The notes: generated from the letters alone by a model not told the origin. 30,371 nucleotides of DNA from an uncultured cyanobacterium (GCA_963766075.1 CAVYAN010000020.1:1-30371); one strand, 5' to 3'; shown: positions 1 to 9,575, numbered from the stretch's first letter. Program-made: numbers and translations.

Positions 1-359
1 TCGCGGGCGACCAATTCTACCCGAGTGTCGGGTTGCCAGAAGCGATCGCCGCTGTTGAGGCGCTGCTGAATTTGCTGATAAATATCATTCCAGCTAAAGG
101 CCGTCGCAGGATTAATCTGCTCGGCGTCGCCTTCTAAAGGCAACTGAAGCAGCAGTTTGCCGCCCTCGCTCTGAAACCAGACTTGTTGATCGCGGTTGGG
201 GCGATCGCGCTGGGGTTGACTCTCTGAAACACTCTCGGAGCTGGGAATTGAGGCGGATGGGGAGGGCGAAAATTGGGGTGGGGCATTCAGTGGCTCCAGG
301 GTCTCTGCATTGAGGAATTCGAGATCGACCCAATTCTCTGGCGGATTGGAAACAGACAT
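1..359 (-). CDS. minC: Septum site-determining protein MinC, 5' part (runs off the window start; absent from the ORF track)
   Basis: Hand translation from ATG at 359 is open to the window edge: MSVSNPPENWVDLEF...QQVWFQSEGGKLLLQLP...FSWNDIYQQIQQRLNSGDRFWQPDTRVELVAR. This matches the N-terminal region I recognise in cyanobacterial MinC (SW..I.QQ..QRLN.GDRF). Confidence 0.8.
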   Translation of the reverse strand, partial: MSVSNPPENWVDLEFLNAETLEPLNAPPQFSPSPSASIPSSESVSESQPQRDRPNRDQQVWFQSEGGKLLLQLPLEGDAEQINPATAFSWNDIYQQIQQRLNSGDRFWQPDTRVELVAR

Positions 360-682
360 GGCATTAGAAGCGACGCATCGCGGGACGATAGTTTCAGATC
401 GCAGGCTCAGCCTGGGTGAAGTGATTTTATGCTAACGCACCCGCTTTGGCACAGCCGAAGGGGATTTTGCCGATCGCGCCTGCGAGACGAACTGGGGCGG
501 ATATTCGGTCATGTACGCTGTTTTTTCGAGCGGTGTAGTCTGTTCCCATCCCCGCCTAATTTTATGGCGAGATCGCCCCGCAAGTTCAATTCTTCATCTC
601 GGTGTTTCTATGGCATGAAGCGCGGTTGGATGCGATTGCTCAGCAGATCTGGGAATGCTGAGAACAGTTTTTTGCTAATGGC

Positions 683-1087
683 ATGGAGACACAAGCAAAC
701 CTCAACACGACTGATTTTCACCTGCCTTACAACGCTGATTTAGTGTTTCGCGCAAGGGAAATGCGAAAAAATCCAACGCCAGCGGAAAAGAAACTCTGGC
801 AAAACTATTTACGGCAGTTGCCTCAGCGTTGGTTGCGGCAGCGTCCGATCGCACATTTTATTGTGGATTTTTACTGTGCGACATTGCGATTGGTCATTGA
901 AGTGGATGGCGGTGGCCATTTCACAGAGGAAGGGAAGGCGCATGATTTGGAGCGATCGCGCATTCTAGAGAGTTATGGATTGAAGATTGTGCGGTTCACG
1001 AATCGAGAGGTGCTTGAAGACTTTGAGGGTGTTTGCCAAAAAATTGATGAGCTGTCTTCAAAGTCCCCCTTTTCAAGGGGGATTTAG
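683..1087 (+). CDS. DUF559 / Vsr-like endonuclease domain protein
   Basis: Motifs RAREMRKNPTPAEKKLW, RQRPIAHFIVDFYC, LVIEVDGGGHF and DLERSRILESYGLKIVRFTN. The stop codon lies inside the first downstream palindrome. Confidence 0.88.
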   Translation: METQANLNTTDFHLPYNADLVFRAREMRKNPTPAEKKLWQNYLRQLPQRWLRQRPIAHFIVDFYCATLRLVIEVDGGGHFTEEGKAHDLERSRILESYGLKIVRFTNREVLEDFEGVCQKIDELSSKSPFSRGI

Positions 1088-1470
1088 GGGGATCCAGACT
1101 AGGCGATCGCCCCCCAATCTCCGCCATGCGTCTCTGTGTGCAGAGGTGAAATGACAATGCCTAGTCTGGATCCCCCCTACCCCCCCTTAAAAAGGGGGGG
1201 AATCGGAATTTTCAAAGTCCCCCTTTTTAAGGGGGATTTAGGGGGATCCAGACTAGGCGATCGCCCTCAGCTCTCCGCATACACCTCTGGATGCCAAGGT
1301 GAAATGACGATGCCGAAGAGTGATCCCCCCTAACCCCCCTTAAAAAGGGGGGAATCGGAATTTTCAAAGTCCCCCTTTTTAAGGGGGATTTAGGGGGATC
1401 CAGACTAGGCGATCGCCCCCAATCTCCGCATACGCCCCTGTGTGCAAAGGAGAAACAACGATGTCGAGAA
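1057..1470. repeat. Tandem array (about 2.7 units, period 152-154 bp) of REP/REPIN-like palindromic doublets
   Basis: TTCAAAGTCCCCCTTTTYAAGGGGGATTTAGGGGGATCCAGACTAGGCGATCGCC starts at 1057, 1211 and 1363. Inverted partners GATCCCCCCTAMCCCCCCTTAAAAAGGGGGG start at 1169 and 1322. Each half has an 8-bp stem and 3-nt loop. Confidence 0.93.
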
Positions 1471-1601
1471 CTCTCTGGTTTTAATTTATTAAATATTTAT
1501 TCAGCGTGGCAGATGGGGCGGTGCCAGGTAGCGGATCCTGGAAACGCCGATGCTGCGGTGGCTAGAGACCCGAGGTGAAAATCTTAAAAACGGCTAAGAG
1601 C

Positions 1602-3153
1602 CTACGTGCTAAACTTCACAAGTCTGGATGCGAAAGAAGAGAACCCGTGCCTACTCTTCACTCACCCCTATCAAACCCACAACCGGACCAACCCCAAAAC
1701 CAACCGAACCCACGGAAAAACTCCCTGAGGAGAGGAAATAGAGAATTTTCCCGCTACTGGCTGTAGCCTTGCCACTCTTGGTCCATGCGCCATCCTACTG
1801 TGTCGCCAAATTTTGCCAGACCTTGTCGCTGGGATACGCACCTTCCAGCTTACCACCGCAGCGGACATAGATTTCTTTCTGCACGCTGAATCCAAAGTGC
1901 CCCTTGCTGGCGGTCACCCAAAGGCGATCAATCGTTTGGAGGTCTTTGCAAGGAAAGTTTATCAGGCTCGCCTCATCCAGCCAACCGTCGCTGACGCGGT
2001 TCGTGGCTTGCAGCATCACCTTCAGGGTTTCTTGGTCCGCTTCCGCCATTTTCGGACCTTCAGCAAATCTCGTAGTGTGCCATAGTCCACACCTTTCTCC
2101 GACGCGAGGGGAACAGCGTTAATGAGATGTGATGGCGCTACGGCTGCTGGGCTGGATGCCACAGGCTTTGGCTCAACGCGCTTGGGTTCAGCCGCAACCG
2201 TTGGCACAGTCTGTCGATGGTTGCACAGATTGGCGCGCCATCTTGCGCTCAATTCGATCCAGCGCCTTCCACGCCTCCTCCCGCTGCGCCAGCAAAGGAG
2301 CCACCTTCGCCACCTGCCGAAACCAGCGCTTCGCATCCTCAAACGCCTCCTCCAACTCCGCCTCTTTCGCCTGCTCCAGCAAACACGCCACATCACCGCC
2401 AGTCACACAGTCCGGCAACAGCGACTGAAACACCTTCACAGTAGAATCCGTCTGAATCTTGGGCGTTTGCATCACCGATTTGCGGGCTTCCCGATGCAGC
2501 TCGTTCACACGCCGCACCAAAAACGGTTCCAACTGAAACGGCAGCGTAAACTGCCCCAAGCCCTCTATCAACGCCTGGGTAAACGCGCCCTGCTGCAACG
2601 CTTCTAGCTCATAGGACAACTGCCCATAGCCACAGGAAAAAATCGTCGTCACCCCGCGCTCCTTGGCAAACTCCGCCGTCTGGGCACCCATGGCGGAACC
2701 ACTGCCCTTGCTGCCAATTTTCTCCCGACAGGCATCCAAAACCAGCACAATCTCGGCGTTTTGATGCAACCGCAGCGCCGCAATCACTTCATCTACGGGC
2801 AGTAAAAAGCGATAATCCTCCTCCAAACAATCACTCGGCACCAAAAAGTCGCGCCCATTCTGGCTGACCCCATGGCCACTAAAGAAAAACCACAAATGCT
2901 GCACCAGTCCGGTATTGCTCGGCTTCAGATCCCGATTCAGCAGCCGAATCAGATTCGAGCAACTGGGATAATTCACCGCTCCCCGCTGCGTCTCTTCCCC
3001 CAAGCAGCGAATCACATTGGCAGATTCAAAGCCCGCCGACTCGCACAGGAAATCCCCCAGGCGATCGGCATCCCGCACCGCATAGCGCAACCGTTGCTCC
3101 GGATGATGTTCGTAGTGGTTAATGCCCACGGCGATCGCCAAATTCTTAGCCAT
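1602..3153 (-). pseudogene. Caspase (peptidase C14)-linker-GUN4 domain protein, broken by at least 4 frameshifts (possibly sequencing error)
   Basis: Caspase dyad FFFSGHG and VLVLDACR in ORF 2188..3153. GUN4 pieces in successive frames: VPLASEKGVDYGTLRDLLKVRKW, EADQET...NFPCKDLQTIDRLWVTASKGHFGFSVQKEIY, FGDTVGWR, SSPQGVFP, tail FSSFASRLVKFST*. Shifts near 2215, 2043, 1812 and 1756. Confidence 0.82.
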
Positions 3154-3494
3154 TACCCCGGCGACCCCGCCCGCTTAAACTTCAGCGTAATCGCACCCTT
3201 GCTGGCCGCTTCACCACTGGCCACCCCCATCAAACTCACCTTGCCATTGCCGCTAATCTCCAGCGCCAGCGACACCTCATCCAACTGCATGCCCACCTCT
3301 GCACCCGCCTGCACCTCCGCCTGCCGGATCAAGCGTCCCACCACCCGCAACATCCGGTTCCACTCCACCTCCAGCGTCGCCGGATCCACCTGTACCCGCT
3401 GCAACGTTCCCTGGATAGCCCCAGTGCCCCAGCCTTTGCGGCCCTCATCCTCTAATTGGCTATCCACCACGATCCAAATCGGCTCTTCTGGCAT
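3153..3494 (-). CDS. Pepco (peptidase co-occurring) domain protein
   Basis: 113 aa with the C-terminal signature MQLDEVSLALEISGNGKVSLMG...GEAASKGAITLKFKR. The stop overlaps the caspase ATG (TAATG). Confidence 0.75.
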   Translation of the reverse strand: MPEEPIWIVVDSQLEDEGRKGWGTGAIQGTLQRVQVDPATLEVEWNRMLRVVGRLIRQAEVQAGAEVGMQLDEVSLALEISGNGKVSLMGVASGEAASKGAITLKFKRAGSPG

Positions 3495-3655
3495 TGCGCG
3501 TTCCTACGGAGCTGGACACTCTTATTTTGACACCTCAATTTTATTCCCATCCGGATTTTGTGCGATCTGGGAACCGGAAGCGATCGCGCCTTTCATCGCC
3601 CGATCAAGTCGGTCAGCCCAATTCAGTGCAACCCAGCAGCCCTAAGATTCTCTGC

Positions 3656-3901
3656 CTACTCCGGTCGGTCATCCGTAAAGTTGTTGATGGCCTCGACCAT
3701 ACCTTCGGAATAGGGTTCCAGAATGGTAGCGGCAACGTGCAGATCGGCGAGGGCTTGGCTAAATTCTTCTGAATTGGGATCGCCATTGTGGAGTCGGCTG
3801 ATGGCCGCGATCGCCGCCTCAAGCTGGGGCAAATATTCGGCCATATAACGCTGTAGGCCAGGTTAGGCGATAAATTTTATCCAAGTCAATAGATTGGTCA
3901 T
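3656..3901 (-). CDS. Small acidic helical hypothetical protein (5' end interrupted in this sequence)
   Basis: ORF 3656..3844 (MAEYLPQLEAAIAAISRL...). An in-frame ATG at 3901 follows AAAGGAGA but is separated from the ORF by a TAA. Confidence 0.5.
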
Positions 3902-3970
3902 TGGCTCAGTCTCCTTTCAAGTTCGCCAATTTGTTCGATCCGTGCCGCTCTATCAACGCGCGCTGCCAAT

Positions 3971-4490
<520 letters not shown>

Positions 4491-4491
<1 letters not shown>

Positions 4492-4509
4492 ATGTATATT
4501 GTATGCATA
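4491..4509 (-). promoter_or_regulatory. Putative -10 box and operator for brnTA
   Basis: Minus strand reads TATGCA-TACAAT-ATACAT-ATG, placing TACAAT 6 nt before the ATG. The imperfect inverted repeat TATGTATA-ttg-TATGCATA covers it. Confidence 0.45.
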
Positions 4510-4705
4510 AGGATGGACAATCAACCAACTCTCCGTTCCCCGAAACCCTGTAGGGTAGGATATTAGGCAGAGGTGCCGTCCAACAGCAGAGCAGATGATT
4601 GAAGATGTGTTGGCGCGATCACAACCGCCCCGACATCCTTTGTCTCCCAGCAAGCCCATAAGGATGCAATCCAATCACTAACCGAAAGCATGGCGAGTTG
4701 ACGAT

Positions 4706-5746
4706 GTGTTAAAGAGCCAACTGGAACACCTGTTATTCAACGACCTTCCCGATCCGGATGGCCTGACGCAGATCGCCGCCCAACTCCTCGCCGATCGCCC
4801 CCGCACCGCCGCCTTTTACATCACCCCCGCCAACATCGACGCCATTGTCCAGCAGCAGATTCAGTGGCTGCGATCGCTTCACCCCCAACTCTCCGCCCTC
4901 AGCCCCACCCCAGACTTCCTGCCCACCGCCTGGACCCTGTGGCTGCCCTTGGCGCAGCACCTCATTCGCCTGCGCCACACTCAAAACCGTCCCATCATCC
5001 AAGGCATCCTGGGTGGCCAAGGCACCGGCAAAACCACCCTCGGCAAAATCCTGACGGCGATTTTGACGCATTTGGGATATAAAACCCTCAGTCTGTCCCT
5101 GGATGATCTGTACAAAACCCAGCGCGATCGCCTCCAGTTACGCCAGCACGATCCCCGTTTAATCTGGCGAGGTCCACCCGGAACCCATGACGTGGACTTG
5201 GGCCTTCAGGTTTTGGACAGCCTGCGATCGGCAATAGCGAATCAAACCGTACCAATTCCTCGATTCGATAAATCGCTGTGGGCAGGCGCGGGCGATCGCA
5301 TCAGCCCAGAATCGGTCACCGGCATTGATATTGTCCTATTTGAAGGCTGGTTTGTTGGCGTACAACCCTTGACCGACTATGACTGGACCACCGCCCCACC
5401 GCCCATTGTGACAGCGGGCGATCGCGCCTTTGCCCAAGACTGCAACCAGCGATTACGGGACTATCTGCCCCTGTGGGCCCAGTTGGACAGCCTGATGGTG
5501 CTTTACCCCACAGACTACCGCTGGAGTAAACACTGGCGACAACAGGCCGAGCAGGCATTGCAGCCCCAAGGCATGAGCACCGCCGAAATCGCCGCATTTG
5601 TCGATTATTTCTGGAAAGCCTTGCATCCAGAACTGTTCATCACTCCCCTCGTCCAACGGGCTGGCCACGCCGACTTCGTGGTCGAAATTGATCAACACCA
5701 CTGTCCCGGCGCAGTTTACCCTCCCGGCTTTAGCCTTCAGCCTTAG
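4706..5746 (+). CDS. Plant-type D-glycerate 3-kinase (GLYK-like P-loop kinase); start uncertain
   Basis: [13 protein letters not shown]-loop, [24 protein letters not shown]...GDR and [11 protein letters not shown]. Confidence 0.85.
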   Translation: MLKSQLEHLLFNDLPDPDGLTQIAAQLLADRPRTAAFYITPANIDAIVQQQIQWLRSLHPQLSALSPTPDFLPTAWTLWLPLAQHLIRLRHTQNRPIIQGILGGQGTGKTTLGKILTAILTHLGYKTLSLSLDDLYKTQRDRLQLRQHDPRLIWRGPPGTHDVDLGLQVLDSLRSAIANQTVPIPRFDKSLWAGAGDRISPESVTGIDIVLFEGWFVGVQPLTDYDWTTAPPPIVTAGDRAFAQDCNQRLRDYLPLWAQLDSLMVLYPTDYRWSKHWRQQAEQALQPQGMSTAEIAAFVDYFWKALHPELFITPLVQRAGHADFVVEIDQHHCPGAVYPPGFSLQP

Positions 5747-6774
5747 ATTTTCTGCAAAATACCGGGGGCACGCAGGGCGGTCAAATGGCTACAGCCCGTG
5801 CAAAACATCGCCGTGGCCAGTTCCGCTTTGAGAATATCGACCAGTTCCTGAAGTGCCGCTTCCGACTCGTGTGCAGCTTGTAGAAACGGTAGAGCCATCC
5901 CGGCGAGGTCGGCCCCCAAGGCGATCGCCTTGGCCGCATCTAGCCCATGGCGGAGTCCCCCCGAGGCAATCAGGGGAATCGTGGGGGCGATCGCCCGAAT
6001 ATCCCGAATACAGTCCGCCGTCGGAATCCCCCAGTCCGCAAACGTCTGCCCCAATCGGCGTTGGCGCGGATCCTTAGCCCGTCCACTTTCAACCAAAGCC
6101 CAAGACGTCCCCCCCGCCCCCGCCACATCGATCGCCGCCACCCCCGCCCCGATCAGCCGTTTCGCCATCGCCGCCGAAATGCCATTCCCCACTTCCTTGG
6201 CAATCACCGGCACCGCCAAGTCCTGGCACAGGCGCTCAATTTTAGCCAGCAGCCCGCCAAAATTCTGATCCCCTCGGGTCTGCACACATTCCTGAATCGC
6301 ATTCAAGTGCAGAATCAGCGCATCGGCCTCCAAGCGCTCCACCACGCGGCGACACTGGTCAATCCCATAGCTGTAGTTAAACTGCACCGCCCCCAAATTG
6401 GCAAACAGCACAATATCCGGAGCCACCGATCGCACCGCAAAGGTCCGATCCAACGCCGGATTTTCCACCGCCACCCGCTGCGACCCCACCCCCATCGCCA
6501 AGCCGTGCTGCTGCGCTATTTGCGCCAAACGAAAATTAATTGTTTCTGCCAGGTCCGTTCCCCCCGTCATTGAGGAAATCAGCAGCGGCGCGCCCAGGGC
6601 TTTGCCCAAAAACGTCGTCCGCAAATCCACCTCAGCCAAATCCAGCTCCGGCAGACAGGCATGGGTGAAGCGATAACGCTCCAGTCCCGTCGTCACTCGG
6701 CTTTGTACATCATCTTCCAAACAGACCCGGAGATGGTCAGCTTTACGATCTTGGGTTTCTAAGAATTGCGACAT
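5743..6774 (-). CDS. fni: Type 2 (FMN-dependent) isopentenyl-diphosphate delta-isomerase
   Basis: [46 protein letters not shown] and ASGGLR. Confidence 0.96.
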   Translation of the reverse strand: MSQFLETQDRKADHLRVCLEDDVQSRVTTGLERYRFTHACLPELDLAEVDLRTTFLGKALGAPLLISSMTGGTDLAETINFRLAQIAQQHGLAMGVGSQRVAVENPALDRTFAVRSVAPDIVLFANLGAVQFNYSYGIDQCRRVVERLEADALILHLNAIQECVQTRGDQNFGGLLAKIERLCQDLAVPVIAKEVGNGISAAMAKRLIGAGVAAIDVAGAGGTSWALVESGRAKDPRQRRLGQTFADWGIPTADCIRDIRAIAPTIPLIASGGLRHGLDAAKAIALGADLAGMALPFLQAAHESEAALQELVDILKAELATAMFCTGCSHLTALRAPGILQKI

Positions 6775-6894
6775 GAGCAGAGGTGGGATTTTGGATTTTG
6801 GATAGCGCTGCGCGCCGACGAGCGAGAGGATTTTGAATGGACAGTTCCGGGGGGCGCGATGGGTTGAACAGCCTTTTAACTTTGAGCCGCTTCC

Positions 6895-7434
6895 CTAGCC
6901 CCGCAGCAACTCCACCCCATCGCGGCCATCGTAGTCCTGAAGATAGACCTTCACTTTCTCTTCCTTGGCTGTGGGCAGTTGCTTGCCCGTAAAATCCGGG
7001 TGAATGGGCAGTTCCCGGTGGCCGCGATCGACCAGCACCAGCAGCCGAATCAACTCCGGCCTGCCATAGTCATTCACCGCATTCAGCGCTGCCCGAATCG
7101 TGCGGCCCTTAAAAATCACATCATCCACAAGGACAACGACCTTACCAGACAGGTCAAAGGGAATCTGAGTTTTAGCGGGAGTGCGGATGCCAATGGTATC
7201 TAAATCATCGCGATAAAAGGTAATGTCGATCGCCCCCATGGGCACCGCCACCCCCTCCAACGCTTCAATCTGCCGCGCCAGCATCTCGGCCAGATTCACC
7301 CCCCGCGTGTGAATGCCCAGCAGGACCAGCTTCGACAGATCCCCCGATCGCTCCACCACCTGCGAAGCCAGCCGCGTCACCGTCCGGCGCACTTCATCCG
7401 CCGACAGAATTTCAATCACATTGTCCGTCACCAT
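6895..7434 (-). CDS. pyrR: Bifunctional pyrimidine regulator / uracil phosphoribosyltransferase
   Basis: [33 protein letters not shown] and [11 protein letters not shown]. Confidence 0.96.
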   Translation of the reverse strand: MVTDNVIEILSADEVRRTVTRLASQVVERSGDLSKLVLLGIHTRGVNLAEMLARQIEALEGVAVPMGAIDITFYRDDLDTIGIRTPAKTQIPFDLSGKVVVLVDDVIFKGRTIRAALNAVNDYGRPELIRLLVLVDRGHRELPIHPDFTGKQLPTAKEEKVKVYLQDYDGRDGVELLRG

Positions 7435-7448
7435 GGCCCTTCACCCCC

Positions 7449-9005
7449 TCACTCCTGATTCTGCGGCTGCATCCCCTGGACAATCCGCAGCAGCTCGCTC
7501 TTCTCATTCACCGAAATGCGGGTCGGAGAGCCACTAATGATGCCCTCAAAATTGCGGAAGGAATCCTTGATTTCCGGGCCGTGCTCGCTAATCGTATACT
7601 CGCGAATGCCCTTGTCATGCCAAGAACCCCGCATTTTGAACACGTTGATCGCCCGCGACATTTCACCGCGAATTTCCACGTACTGCAACATCAAAATGGT
7701 GTCCGTAATCGTAGAAATATGGGAATCGGTAATCGAGTGGGATCCCATGAATTGATCGGTGGTGTTGGTAAAGAACCCCGTGATTTCTTCCTGTTTGGCA
7801 AACCCCGTTACCCCAATCACAAACTGCCGGAAGGCATTATTGCTCACTCCCCGCGCTAGGGCCGACAGGGAATCAATCGCAATCCGCGAGGGCTTGAACT
7901 CGGCAATTTCGGATTTGATGATTTGCAGGTGATCTTCCAACCCCGAAGATTCCGGGTAGGTACAGAGGATTTTGAGTAACCCTTTTTGCTCCAGATCCTC
8001 AAAGTCGATGCCCCAGGAATAGGCATTGCGGGACAACTGGGCGCGCGATTCTTCGTAGGCAAAGAGAATGGCGCGATCGCCCCGCTGACAGGCATCCTGG
8101 ATAAACTTGCTGACCATCAGGGTTTTGCCCGTACCTGTGGCCCCCGTGGCCAAAATAATCGAATCCTTGAAAAATCCGCCGCCACACATCTCATCGAGCT
8201 TAATCACGCCCGAAGACACGCGCACATTGGAAGAACGCTGCGTTAGACGCATCGCCCCCAGCGGGAAAATATTGATCCCCTGATTGGTAATCGTAAAGGG
8301 ATATTCCCCCTTCATATGAGTGGTACCGCGCAGCTTCAAAATTTCCACCGTGCGGCGGCGACGCTCTCCCTCCAACACATTGCGGACGATCACCACATTA
8401 TCGGAAACAAATTCCTCCACCCCAAACCGGGCCACGGGACCATACTCATCAATCCGCTCCGTGGTCATGATCGTGGTCGCGCCCACCTGCTTCAGCCGCG
8501 CCACCAAGCGAAAAATTTCCCGTCGGACTACGGAAGCCGCATCATACTGCTGGAAAACCGCCGTCACGGAGTCGATCGACACCCGCTTGGCTTTGTACTT
8601 GCGAATGGCGTACTGAATTCGCTCAATCAGCGCCGACAGGTCAAAGTTACCCACCACATCTTGGCCTTCCGGATCGGGGGAAGCATCCAAAATAAACAGC
8701 TTGCCCTCGTTAATAAAGCGCTGTAGATCCCAGCCAAAGCTAAAAGCGTTTTTAATGATGTCAGCGGGGGATTCTTCAAAGGTGACAAAAATCCCTGGCT
8801 CGTCAAAATAGACAATCCCGTGGTAAAGGAACTGGGCTGCCAGTAGGGTTTTGCCCGTACCGGAGGTGCCGCTCACCAGGGTAGTGCGCCCAATCGGCAA
8901 GCCACCGTGACTAATGTCGTCAAACCCCTCAATCATCGTGCGGATTTTTTGAACACCGGGTGTTCCAGAGTCGATTTCAAGTTCAGGCGGATTCATCGAA
9001 TTCAT
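7449..9005 (-). CDS. kaiC: Circadian clock protein KaiC
   Basis: Two RecA-like domains (GTSGTGKT, GATGTGKT), phosphorylation segment ITDSHISTITD and C-terminal tail GSPTRISVNEKSEL. Confidence 0.98.
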   Translation of the reverse strand: MNSMNPPELEIDSGTPGVQKIRTMIEGFDDISHGGLPIGRTTLVSGTSGTGKTLLAAQFLYHGIVYFDEPGIFVTFEESPADIIKNAFSFGWDLQRFINEGKLFILDASPDPEGQDVVGNFDLSALIERIQYAIRKYKAKRVSIDSVTAVFQQYDAASVVRREIFRLVARLKQVGATTIMTTERIDEYGPVARFGVEEFVSDNVVIVRNVLEGERRRRTVEILKLRGTTHMKGEYPFTITNQGINIFPLGAMRLTQRSSNVRVSSGVIKLDEMCGGGFFKDSIILATGATGTGKTLMVSKFIQDACQRGDRAILFAYEESRAQLSRNAYSWGIDFEDLEQKGLLKILCTYPESSGLEDHLQIIKSEIAEFKPSRIAIDSLSALARGVSNNAFRQFVIGVTGFAKQEEITGFFTNTTDQFMGSHSITDSHISTITDTILMLQYVEIRGEMSRAINVFKMRGSWHDKGIREYTISEHGPEIKDSFRNFEGIISGSPTRISVNEKSELLRIVQGMQPQNQE

Positions 9006-9128
9006 AATATAGTCTGTTTTAGAATGGCCCCTAAAAAATCATCCTTGGAAAGCATATTTGTTAATCCAAGCGCGGTTTGTTAATCCAGCACTTTAAGTCA
9101 GCGTTCAGTGAAAAATCCCCGACCCAGA

Positions 9129-9449
9129 TTATTCCGGCAAGTCCAGACCGTTGTCTCGTAACTCTTCATACAATAAATCCAGCCCGATCAGGACCCGCTC
9201 GCGATCGGATAGATCCCCAATGATCTTACGCACAGGCGGGGGCAAAATCTTCGCCAATGTGGGTGTGGCCAGAATTTTGTCTTCCTCGGCCAATTGTGGA
9301 TTCTTCAATACATCAATGACTTTCAGCGCGTACACCCCCTGAAACTCCGTTTCCAAGATATTGTTCAAAGTCTTCAACGCCCGGATTGAATTTGGGGTAT
9401 TTCCGGCCACGTAAAGCTTGAGGACGTAGGTTTTTTTCGGGAAACTCAT
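9129..9449 (-). CDS. kaiB: Circadian clock protein KaiB
   Basis: [16 protein letters not shown]...[32 protein letters not shown]. Confidence 0.98.
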   Translation of the reverse strand: MSFPKKTYVLKLYVAGNTPNSIRALKTLNNILETEFQGVYALKVIDVLKNPQLAEEDKILATPTLAKILPPPVRKIIGDLSDRERVLIGLDLLYEELRDNGLDLPE

Positions 9450-9575
9450 AGGGACGAAAGATAAAGCATGGGGTAAACAAAATCAGCAACCGATAAAAAA
9501 CCATCACCACAGGCAAGGCAAAAAGGCATTTCCAAACGCAATTCAAACGTCAATTCAAAATCCAATCTAAAATCT

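Noticed and set aside
112..743. Track ORFs 112..333 (-) and 429..743 (+)
   Set aside because: The first is an alternative frame of minC. The second has no recognisable motif and overlaps the DUF559 gene out of frame.
1057..1470. CRISPR array
   Set aside because: The conserved part is about 80-95 bp with inverted halves, the linkers are homologous to each other rather than unique spacers, and no cas genes are present.
1602..2120. Canonical gun4 (Mg-chelatase cofactor)
   Set aside because: The domain is the C-terminus of a caspase fusion in an accessory context, not the stand-alone chlorophyll-synthesis gene.
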